A stretch of DNA of 64,000 nt, from contig OZ024743.1 of NCBI GenBank assembly GCA_964016885.1, positions 241,924,001 through 241,988,000 of the forward strand, read 5' to 3'. Every line of letters starts with the position of its first letter. Position 1 is the stretch's first letter. Made by a program: the position numbers and the translations under genes. This DNA comes from Eledone cirrhosa. Its lineage: Eukaryota. This document shows positions 54,248 through 64,000 of this stretch, piece after piece. Under the pieces are notes generated by a model. It was not told the origin of the DNA and ran no database searches. It was given only the letters and a program-made list of their open reading frames with translations.

Positions 54248-54605
54248 ACGCCGGCGGCGTCAGGGCTGGTTGAAGAAGACGGCATGCGGTAGGCCGCCGC
54301 TTCATATGTCAGGTCACCAGTTGGTGCTATTGGTAACATGTATCCCAGTACAACCTGTCTCATGGTCGGGTCGTTGGCGACTAAACTGGAAACCCTACCA
54401 AGGTTTCTTGGTGAGGAGGGTGACTTTGGACATCCTGCAGGACTAAAAACAAAACCTGTCAAAGGGAAAAGGAGCTCTTAAGAGTCAATGGCCATCTAAA
54501 ATCACCGGGAGAGATGACCCCTTAGCCTTTGTCAAGGCAGAATTCTAGGAGAAGGAAAACTCTGATATAACACCTGTAACCCTGATGGTATCCAATGATT
54601 TTGAC
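54248..54605 (+). mobile_element. Orphan RTE-type 5' UTR fragment
   Basis: Contains GGCAGAATTCTAGGAGAAGGAAAACTCTGA, a motif I recognise from RTE 5' UTRs; flanked by (TATG)n. Confidence 0.6.
54308..54389 (+). ncRNA. Candidate HDV-like ribozyme
   Basis: P1 GTCAGGT/ACCTGTC (1 mismatch), P2 CCAGT/ACTGG, P3 TGTA/TACA with L3 TCCCAG, P1.1 GG, P4 TCG/CGA, J4/2 C-TAA. Confidence 0.5.
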
Positions 54606-54795
54606 CATATGTATATATGTATGTATGTTTGTATGTATGTATATTTGTATGTATGTTTGTATGTATGTGCGTATGCATGTCAGTTTCTATGTTTGCATCT
54701 ATGTGCATATACATGCATGTATGTTTATGCGTTTGTATATGAGGTTATATATCTATATGTATGTTTATATACATGTATATATATGCGTGTGTATG

Positions 54796-54876
<81 letters not shown>

Positions 54877-54959
54877 TTGTGTGTGTGTGTTGAGAGAGAG
54901 AGACATACAAACAATTATACACACTCAGAGGAAGATACAAAAACATGGACATATATATA

Positions 54960-55122
54960 CGGGGAAACTTGTGTGATACAATAAGGAAATATGGAACTAG
55001 TTTGCTGCATTATGGCAATGGGGAGATAGCGTGATAAAATAAGGCACTTCGAAGCTAGGGTGCCGCACTATGTAAATATGGAACTAGGATGTCACAGTAT
55101 GGCAATGGGGGTATAGGGTGCA
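54960..55122 (+). repeat. Isolated inverted monomer(s) of the ~145-bp satellite
   Basis: ATATGGAACTAG..., CTAGGGTGCCGCACTATG and TATGGCAATGGGG are reverse complements of motifs in 59746-61060. Confidence 0.8.
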
Positions 55123-55227
55123 ATGATGAAGACGATGATGATGATGTTAGTGTCAATGATAACATACTCTCACAGAGAGCATTGATTTTTTTCCACCATC
55201 CCTCTTTCTCCCTTTTACACACTCATA

Positions 55228-55306
<79 letters not shown>

Positions 55307-55764
55307 TAGCGAGAATCTTATTTCGGCAATTGGAAATTAGCGAAAAACAACTTCCGAGATGAGTGGCAAGCGCTCCATAGAAGCTAGTGAACTAGAGCTA
55401 CAACATAAGTTAAAAGGCCAAACACACTGTGACGATGGTTAAACCATTATCCACACAGCCATAGAAACGACCAAGTAATTCGAATCAAACAAATAAAATA
55501 TGATTGAAAATTATACCCGGAAGGTTGGTAAAATCCAGCATTTGGGTTTCTGCAACTCCTAAATCAAGTACTGTTTGCTTAGACAAATAATGTTAAGCTT
55601 TTGGTAAGATGATCGGACAAGGAAGTCACTTTCTCAACAGGCTTTTAGTTCAAGTGCCAAGCGAAGGACTGACCGTTATCAAAACCCACGTGGGGCTCGA
55701 CAAGGGGGGCAACCCTTAGCATATATGTGAGCATATATATATATATATATATATATGCTCACAT

Positions 55765-55985
55765 AGAGGTTTGTGCAAAAGTTGAAACGCCGTAGAAAAG
55801 TTTTTCGTCGTAGAATTTTCACCATCCACTCCCTTCGTTTTAAAACATTCACCTCACGACCGGCCTAACACACGGACCGACACGATACAACTTTTATTTA
55901 TAGACTAGCTGAAGAACCCAGCATTTTCTCCTTGATGATTTCCTCCAAAGAATAATTACCTCAAGTATATGGTTCCTCACCCATC
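55765..55985 (-). mobile_element. Helitron-like junction (3' CTAG of one element fused to the 5' TCTATAAATAAAAG of the next)
   Basis: Minus strand reads ...CAGCTAG-TCTATAAATAAAAGTTG at 55908-55890. Confidence 0.55.
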
Positions 55986-56201
55986 TGACTGTAAGGGGTC
56001 GATAAAATAAAGTACCAGTAATGTACTGGTTAATTGCTGGCCATGTGCTAAAACTAGAAACAATTATTATTTGGCAGTATATATAATATATCTTATATAA
56101 TATAGATATGATATATTATAATATATTATTATATATAGTATATATTATATATTATTTATAATATATATAATATTTATTATAATATAAAATATATAGTTAA
56201 A

Positions 56202-56588
56202 TAATTGTTTCTACTTTTGGCACAAGGCCAGCAATTACTCAGTACATTACTGGTACTTTATTTTATCGACCCCATAAGGATGAAAGGCAAAGTTAACCTT
56301 AGCGGGATTTGAACTCAGACCGTAAAGGGACGTAACTATACTGGAAAGCATGGCATCCGACTCTCTACCGATACTGCCAATCCACCGCCCTATATAGTTA
56401 AATAATTGTTTCTATTTTAGGCACAAGGCCAGAAATTACTCACTACATTACTGATAATTTATTTTATCGACCCCGTAAGGATGAAAGGTAAAGTTAACCT
56501 AGGCCGGATTTGAACTCAGATCGTAAAGGGACGTAACTATGCTGGAAAGCATGTCCGACTCTCCACCGATACTGCCAATTCACCGCCC
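56202..56588 (-). mobile_element. Two tandem SINE family 1 copies
   Basis: 56202-56390 and 56402-56588; TATATAGTTAAATAAT occurs at 56190, 56391 and 56589; a partial plus-strand copy lies at 55990-56070. Confidence 0.88.
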
Positions 56589-56622
56589 TATATAGTTAAA
56601 TAATGTTTATAATATATATAAG

Positions 56623-57064
56623 TAGACCTGAAAAATGCGCAACCTCAAAAGAGCCACAGAATGTTATAATAAACCTTCAAAAGTGTGGGACTAGAGTTGT
56701 TGCTCAAAAATATTGTAATCATTATCTATCGTGCTCTCTGTGGCATCCTTTTATAAAAAAGTGACTCATAACGAACTCAAGACGACGCGATAATTATTTA
56801 AGCTAATGTTCAATATCTCATATTAGATGTTTAGTAATGATTAATACGAAATGCACTTAAACCGAATTCTATATTATAAATTCACTTAAATAATTATCGT
56901 GTCGTCTTGAGTTCATTATGAGTCTCTTTTTTATAAAAGGATGCCACAGAGTGTATGATAGATAATGATTACAATATTTTTGAGCAACAACTCTAGTCCC
57001 ACACTTTTGAAGGTTTATTATAACATTCTGTGTCTCTTTTGAGCTTGCGCATTTTTCAGGTCTA
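56623..57064. mobile_element. Fold-back MITE with ~180-bp TIRs
   Basis: TAGACCTGAAAAATGCGCAA... inverted as ...TTGCGCATTTTTCAGGTCTA; ~80-bp spacer. Confidence 0.85.
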
Positions 57065-58089
57065 GTTTAATATTTGTTTAATGCAACGCTTGTAATAACT
57101 CTAGTTAAACATGATATATATTAATAATAAATTATCGTTGTAATGTAATTAGATTATGTAATTGTTATTTTATAAATGATCTTATAAATATTATTGTAAG
57201 ATGTATAAAAATATTTTTAGACTTTTAATATAAACAACTACAAAAAACAATCCATATTAAATAAATATATTTTACATAATAATTGTTATAGTTGAATTAA
57301 TAAAAATTAAATATTACATACACATAGTCTAACATAATAATAAAAATATAATCTAACATAATAATAATAAAATAATCTAACATAAAACGAACAATAATAT
57401 GGACAAATATACAAGTAAATATGATACAACCAATATTATAAGCATGTTATAACGAACTGAAAAAAAAAATAGTTAATATAAATTTAAAAATTCATATATA
57501 AATTAACAATATAACTTAGCAAAACGAGAAAAATATTTTGATGATAAAAGACGAAATGCAGGAGGAAGATTCGAAAGCGAGACGATAAATAAACGTGCAA
57601 ACAAAGTGGCTGATGCTTTTGAGCAACAATTACTCTCATTGGTTGATTAGCCAATAAGACGATGAAATCAACCAATAAGACGATACATTACAAAAGATGT
57701 TTGGCAGGGATTACCACGGCCAGCGAAACCCCTTGAATTTTTTATTCACAAGCTACGCATATATGTCAGAACACGCAGACTTAAAACATTCTGTTGTTAG
57801 TCACTGCGTGTGTAACAGATATATATTATATTATAAATATTATGTTTCAGGCAGGATCGGCTGGAAGGCAAGTTTGACGAATTTGCCACCACGTTACCTG
57901 GCAAACTAGAAGAAAATATATAGTATATATTATAATATACAATACACACACACATATATAGACATATGTATGTATATATATATAGAAAGGGAGAGGTAGA
58001 ACAGTGGAAGGTAATATCCGTAGTGGTAGAGCACTCAGTCCATGGGACGAATTTGGTAGAAGTAGTAACACAACAGTTAGTTCACCATA

Positions 58090-58131
58090 CTGAGAACAAT
58101 TGTTTTTCACCTTAGCGGATCTTCAGCTCAG
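58090..58131 (-). ncRNA. Minimal hammerhead motif (2 extra A in GAAA)
   Basis: CTGAG-CTGAAGA-tCCgctaaGGt-GAAAAAC-AATT-GTT-CTCAG on the minus strand. Confidence 0.6.
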
Positions 58132-58144
58132 ACAGTCTCAGAGT

Positions 58145-58184
58145 CTGAGCTGAAGATTCACTAAGGTGAAACAATTGTTCTCAG
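58145..58184 (+). ncRNA. Minimal type I hammerhead ribozyme motif
   Basis: CTGAG-CTGAAGA-ttcactaaggt-GAAAC-AATT-GTT-CTCAG; palindromic stem III ACAATTGT. Confidence 0.75.
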
Positions 58185-58211
58185 TATGGTGAACTAACTG
58201 TTGTGTTACTA

Positions 58212-58297
<86 letters not shown>

Positions 58298-58319
58298 TAG
58301 TAACACAACAGCTAGAATT

Positions 58320-59184
58320 TTATATTCTCCGAGTGAAAGAACCTTCTGACGAGAGTTTATCTTTTCAATGGAAGGCCGCAAGGACTGTCCATTTATTTTT
58401 GAGACTCGAAACAGATTCGGTAAAGGTAACCATAATTTAAATTTCATATAAGTCGAAGGGAAAAAGTTTTCAGTGGGGTTTTGTGCCCCGGGGAACCCTA
58501 ATAAGGGGTTTAACCCCCATTAGCTTATCTTAATATTATTGAAATTTGCTGAACTTTTGTGAATAGGCATCATATATTGCCATTTACATATGGTTTAAAT
58601 TTCATATAAATCGAAGGGAAAAAAATTTTCAGCAGGGGTTTGTGCCCCCGGGGAACCCTTTAAGTAAAATGAAATATACTTATCCAAGTAGCCTGGGCAA
58701 TGTAGTTTCAGAATATATATGGTTATGGGGGTCTATCTCCAAAACCATAGGAGGAGTTCGTGAACAAACAAACAACCAACCAAACAAATAAACAAACAGA
58801 CAGGTACTACAACTTTATATAGATATGTAGCTAGATATAATTGCACCGCTGGGCTAGAATGTGAAACTGACCGAGTTCTCGGTCGTTATAGTAACATTAC
58901 CTTCACTTTTCTACTTCTATATCTTTGTTAAGGAAGGTGTAGGGGAGAAAGAAGGAAAGAAAGAGAGAGGGTGAGAAAAGAGAGAGAGAGAGAAACCAAT
59001 TTTGACTATAAGTATTAAATGTGTAAAGTTTGAAAAAATTCTGTTGGTTGGTTCTCGAATTTTAGGGAGTCAGACAGAGAGACATTCTCTGTTTTAGATA
59101 TATAGACTAGCAGAAAACCGCCCACTGAGTGGATTTCTGCTAGTATATATATATATTACACACACAGAAATGTATATATATTTC

Positions 59185-59227
<43 letters not shown>

Positions 59228-61236
59228 CACACACAGAAATGTATATATATTTCTGTGTGTATATATATATATTTCTGTGTGTGTATATATATATATATTA
59301 CACACACACAGAAATGTATATATGTTTCTGTAGTACTCCTCAATCCCGCCCTCCCGCTATCCCCCTCTTGTAGTCTGTCTCTTTCTTTCACTCTCGCTCT
59401 CTCTCTACGCGTGCGCAAAAAAGATTCGCACGCGCGCACGTGTTTTAGCGTCTATTCACTCTCTCTCTCTCCCTCTCTCCCTCCCGCTATCCCCCTCTCG
59501 TAGTCTGTCTCTTTCTTTCACTCTCACTCTCTCTCTACGCGTGCGCAAAAAACATTCGCACGCGTGCACGTGTTTCCACTGTCGGACAGACAGACAAACA
59601 GAGAAATTGCTGGTTATATAATATAAGGAGATTATATTTGTTTCTACTTTTTGGCACAAGGGCAGCAATTAGCCAGTGCATTACTGGTACTTTATTTTAT
59701 CGACCCCGTAAGGATGAAGGGCAAAGTTAACCTCGGCGGGATTTCCATATTGTGTCACAAAAACTTCCCAGTTCCATAGTGTTCCACCCTAGTGCCGCAG
59801 TGCCATGTTGCGGCACCCTAGCCTCAAAATGCCATATTTTGAAACACTATCTCCCTATTGACAGGAGTGTCACCCTAGCTCCATATTTCAATACTGTATC
59901 AGTTAAGCTCGCCATTTCTAAAGTGTGCCATCCTAGCTCCGCTGTGCCATAATGTGGCACCCTAACTCAGAAGTGCCACCCCATCTCCCCATCTGCCATA
60001 CTACGACATCCTAGTTCCATGTTTTCATACTGAGTCACTCGAACTTTCCAGTTCCATAGTGTGCCACCTTAGCTCCGTTGTGCCATATTGCGGCACCCTA
60101 ACTCAGAAGTACCGTATTTTTCCACTCTGTATCCCTGTTGCCATACTGCAACATTCTAGTTCCATATTTCCATACTGTTCCATATTTCAAACTTCCAAGT
60201 TCCATCGTGTGCCAGCCTAGTACCGCAGTGCCATTGTGCGGCACCCTAGCTTCAAAATGACATAATATTCCCACACTATCTTCCCATTGACGTGGAGACC
60301 ACGCTAGCTCCATATATCCTTACAGTGTCACTGAAGCTCCCCCAATTCCATAGTGTGCCACCCTAGCTCCGCAGTGCCATAGTGCGGCACCCTAAATCAG
60401 AAGTGTCGTATTTTTCCATACCTATCTCCCCATTGCCATACTGCAAAAAACTAGTTCCATATTTCTGTGTCACTCAAACAACCCAGTTTCGTAGTGTGCC
60501 ACCCTAGCTCCGCTGTGCCAGGGTGCGGCACACTAGCTACAAGGTGCCATATTTTCCCGCACTATCTTCCCATTACCATGGGTGGTCACCTTAGCTCCAT
60601 ATTTCCATAGCGAGTCACTTAATCTTCCCAGATCCATAGTGTGCCACCCTAGCTCCGCAGTGCCATAGTGCGGAAACCTAATTCAGTAGGGCCGTATTTT
60701 ACCACTCTATCTTCCCATTGCCATACTGCGACATCCTATTTACATATTTCCATACCGTGTCATTCAATTTTCCAGTTTCGTAGTGTGCCACCCTAGCTCC
60801 TCTGTGCCATAATGCCCCACCCTAACACAGAAGTGCCGTATTTTCCCACCCTATCTCCTCATTGCCATCCTACAACATCCTAGTTCCATATTTCGATACT
60901 GTGTCACAGAAGCACCCCAGTTCCAAGTTGTGAACTAGCTCCGCAGTGCCATAGTCCCGCGCCCTAGCTTCAAACTGCCACCCTATCTCACCATTACCAT
61001 ACTGCATCACTCTTGTCCCCTATTGCCAAACTATGCCACTCAAGCTTCCCAGTACCATAGCGCGACACTGGAAAAAAATCACATGTCTCGGGAACCCGTG
61101 CTCCGATTTACGGGAAACATGTATTATTCCATTTGTATTCCCATTTGCATTCCCATTTGTATTCCCATTATGTGCCATTTTGGCTGCATCAAATTACAGA
61201 CAAGCACACAATAACAGTGTTTTAGTAGTATATAGA
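58320..61236 (-). mobile_element. Train of about four head-to-tail Helitron-like elements
   Basis: 5' ends TCTATATAAAG (58823), TCTATATATCTAAAAC (59106), TTATATTATATAACC (~59628) and TCTATATACTACTAAAAC (61236), most followed by (GTCT/GTTT)n; 3' CTAG at 58831 and 59107; partial SINE at 59636-59745. Confidence 0.65.
59746..61060. repeat. ~145-bp tandem repeat, about 9 copies
   Basis: TTCCATAGTGTGCCACCCTAGCTCCGCAGTGCCATAG-like anchor near 59771, 59915, 60052, 60200, 60346, 60488, 60633, 60777 and 60921. Confidence 0.92.
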
Positions 61237-61243
61237 TAGATAT

Positions 61244-64000
61244 GTTTCTTTTATTTGCCACCAGGGCATCAAACGTGAGGACAAGTACAATGGGGGGAGT
61301 TTACAAAACAAGGCGTCCTCAATAGGGAGGAGGCAATAACAATATATAAAAATAAAATAAAATATAACAAAAAATAGAATTATAACAAAATCCTCAATAG
61401 AGGATTTTGTTATAAAATATAACAAAAAATAAAATTTATAACAAAATGCTCAATAGAGAGGAGGCGCCTTGGGGGGTCGCACACACCCCCGAAAAAAGTG
61501 TGCAACCCTTTTCCTCAGGAGCACAGAGAGGGGGTGCTCCCTCGTTCCTTCCTCTTTTCCACCTACAGGCTTATGTAAAGAGAAGGCCCATTCACACGGG
61601 CCATTCTCGCCACTTTCACCCACCTTTCATAAAAACGACTGGGATGGAGCACCTCTCTCTCCATCCTGATCCTTCTTCCGAAATGATATCGGAAGAAACG
61701 GAACAGTTGTTGGCCAGAGAGAAAGGTGCCTGACCTCAGTCCTTTCAGACGCGTCCACCATACAACCTCTTTCGCCATGGCTATTACGCACAGAAACACC
61801 GCCTCTGCTTCATCTTTGAAGGGGGGAGGCGGCTTGATCATTACAATAGACTCGGTGGTCAACCGGATCGGTCCCACCCTTGACAGCAGTTGTTCGACAT
61901 AGCCCCACAGATCGGCTACGCCCGAGCAGTGTACCAATGCGTGTGCAACGGTTTCCTCGTCGCACACGCATCTGGGACAGATCTTTTTGGCGGGGTCCCT
62001 ACCCGGGCGCCCGTGTCTGTAGAGCCTTTCTCGAACGGGTAAAGCCCCTCGGTAGCACTGCCAGGCCAGGGACTTCTGGAAGTTGTCCATAGGTCCCGGG
62101 CTGAATGTCCTACCGAACAGGCTGGCCAGTTCGTCCTCCTCCATGTTTAGGGCTTCTCCGAGGGCGTCGTCGCACCTGCTGCGTACCAGCCCTCTATAGA
62201 ATGTTGCGGTGGAGTCTCCACTGATAACCGGATCCGCCTGCCAGAGGGCGGTGAGCGCCTGGGCACACTCAGTGTGCCAGGCGCCCAGTTTTCTCGGTCT
62301 TTGCTTGACCCAGGATTGCAGCTCGGTGAGTGAGACGAGTCTGGGAAAGGTTCGTCTCACAAACGAGGCCCACACCGGTTGACCGGTGAGGAATACGTAG
62401 AGGTGCCGTAGCCTTAATGCGTGTTTACGCATCATTAGCCACGGCAACCCCAGCCCTCCTTTCGAAGGGTGTTGACAGCAGATGGATCTCCTCACCATAG
62501 GAGCCCGCCTCTTCCAAAGGAATTGGAAGAGTGCGCGCTCCATCTTGGTGAGGGTTTCCCTTGGGCAGGGCACTACGGTCAGGCGGTAGTAGATGACGGA
62601 CGCTATGTAGGTGTTCGCCACCTCCGCCCGAGCTTTCAGGGATAGTTTGCAACTGGCCCACTTCTGGGTCAGTGCAAACACCCTGTTCGTAACCTCCGCC
62701 CAGTTTTTCTCCACCTGGAGGTCCGGTCCGAACCAGACCCCGAGCAACTTCACCGGGCCCTCCGTCCAGCGTCCGACGACGCCATCGGAGGGCATCGGTC
62801 TGCCCCTCCACGTGCCGAGTTGCAAACCGATCGACTTGTCCCGGTTCAGCTTAGCCACTGTGAACCTTTCGTACTCCTCCAGTAAGGTGCCGACCGCCTC
62901 GATTTCGGAGGCCGTCGACACCATTACTGTCACGTCATCGGCGTAGGCCGACACCGCTTTCCGCAATCCCGGTTCCAAAGGAATGCCTTGCAACAACTCC
63001 ACCTTCCGCAGTAGTGGCTCGAGAGTCAACACATACAGAAGGGAGGAGAGAGGGCACCCCTGTCGGATGGACCGCGCGATTTTGAACGGCTCCGAGAGGT
63101 AGCCGTTCACCTTGACCCTAGAGCAGATGCGGCTGCTGTGCATAGCAGTGATCCAGCCCCTGAAAACGGGTCCGAAGCCTGCCGCCGCTAGCACCGCATC
63201 CAGGTAACCATGGTCGACCCTATCGAACGCCTTAGATTGATCCAAGTTGATCAGAGCCCCACCAAAGCTGGGTTCGTTCCCAACCCTCTCTATGATGTAT
63301 CGCATGAGGTGGAGGTTGTCATGGATGGACCTGGACGGGATAGCGCATGTCTGCGCATCTCCCACCAGGTTGCCCACGACAAGCGCCAACCTCTTTGCTA
63401 GCACCTTGGCCAAAATCTGTAACTCTGTATTTAGCAGAGTTATGGGCCTGAAGTTACTTATTTCGTCCCCCTTGTTCTCGTCCTTCCTCACTAGCGTGAC
63501 TACGCCCTTTGTCACAGCACAGGGAATTCTCCCGTTCTGTTGCCAGTTGCAGTAGACCGCCTCGAGGAGATCGGGGAACAAGTCCGGCATAGCTAGATAT
63601 AATTCGTAAGGAAGACCATCGAGACCCGGGGATTTGCGTTTGCCGCATTGGCCCAGCACGTCCTCTATCTCAGCGGCCGAAATCGGCTCCTCGCAGGACT
63701 TCGCCTCTCTGTCCGAGAGACGCGGCAGGCCGTCGAGGTATGGACCGAAGTCCACATTCCCAACCGGCTCCCCGCCCCTCCCGAACAGTCGGGCAAAGTG
63801 CCTTTGAAAGGCCTCACACATCTGCTTAGGCTCAAGAATCGCCCGTCCATCCAGGTCTCGCAAAGACCGGATAGTGGATTTAGTTCCACTGTTGGCCTCT
63901 GTCACGCGGGCCCAGCTAACAGCTTTGGTCCCCTCGTTCCCTAGAGCACGTATTTTACTTCGGACAACGCAGCCTTCGTGCTTCGCGTCGAAAAACTGGC
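61244..64000 (-). mobile_element. Young Tx1/L1-like LINE (copy D), continues beyond the window
   Basis: Intact ORF2 plus a 3' UTR near-identical to 1-228. Confidence 0.95.
61563..63998 (-). CDS. LINE ORF2 reverse transcriptase (partial, 5' end outside window)
   Basis: 780-aa ORF extends with no stop to the window edge (QFFDAKHEGCVVRSKIR...); motifs FRPITLLN, LDQSKAFDRV, RQGCPLS, YADD, CPRC...ETVAHALVHC. Confidence 0.93.
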   Translation of the reverse strand, partial: QFFDAKHEGCVVRSKIRALGNEGTKAVSWARVTEANSGTKSTIRSLRDLDGRAILEPKQMCEAFQRHFARLFGRGGEPVGNVDFGPYLDGLPRLSDREAKSCEEPISAAEIEDVLGQCGKRKSPGLDGLPYELYLAMPDLFPDLLEAVYCNWQQNGRIPCAVTKGVVTLVRKDENKGDEISNFRPITLLNTELQILAKVLAKRLALVVGNLVGDAQTCAIPSRSIHDNLHLMRYIIERVGNEPSFGGALINLDQSKAFDRVDHGYLDAVLAAAGFGPVFRGWITAMHSSRICSRVKVNGYLSEPFKIARSIRQGCPLSSLLYVLTLEPLLRKVELLQGIPLEPGLRKAVSAYADDVTVMVSTASEIEAVGTLLEEYERFTVAKLNRDKSIGLQLGTWRGRPMPSDGVVGRWTEGPVKLLGVWFGPDLQVEKNWAEVTNRVFALTQKWASCKLSLKARAEVANTYIASVIYYRLTVVPCPRETLTKMERALFQFLWKRRAPMVRRSICCQHPSKGGLGLPWLMMRKHALRLRHLYVFLTGQPVWASFVRRTFPRLVSLTELQSWVKQRPRKLGAWHTECAQALTALWQADPVISGDSTATFYRGLVRSRCDDALGEALNMEEDELASLFGRTFSPGPMDNFQKSLAWQCYRGALPVRERLYRHGRPGRDPAKKICPRCVCDEETVAHALVHCSGVADLWGYVEQLLSRVGPIRLTTESIVMIKPPPPFKDEAEAVFLCVIAMAKEVVWWTRLKGLRSGTFLSGQQLFRFFRYHFGRRIRMEREVLHPSRFYERWVKVARMARVNGPSLYISL

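Noticed and set aside
55424-55482. GTGACGA...GAAAC...GTA hammerhead-like motif
   Set aside because: The core C is mutated and stem I does not pair
59746-61060. Repeat-spacer-like pattern in the 145-bp array
   Set aside because: The intervening segments are homologous between units, so it is a satellite rather than an array with unique spacers

Overview
AT-rich eukaryotic (metazoan, most likely octopus/cephalopod by inference from the SINE families and the microsatellite density) non-genic or intronic DNA made almost entirely of transposable elements and simple repeats. No host protein-coding exon is supported. It contains five pieces of one L1/Tx1-like LINE family, including one copy whose ORF2 is uninterrupted up to the window edge, plus CR1, RTE, R4/Dong, CRE and Penelope-like (PLE) remnants. 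There are also many tRNA-derived SINEs, a train of Helitron-like elements, MITEs, a 4 kb 30-bp minisatellite and a ~145-bp satellite. The most interesting signals are absent from the ORF track: (1) several minimal type I hammerhead ribozyme motifs, including a back-to-back pair and one with an extended stem II next to the PLE; (2) a candidate HDV-like ribozyme in an orphan RTE-type 5' UTR; (3) recurrent fold-back duplications anchored on (TA)n tracts; (4) apparent TATCTA/(ATCT)n targeting by the Tx1-like family; and (5) an intron-like ORF1-ORF2 spacer in that family. All coordinates and pairings were read by eye.
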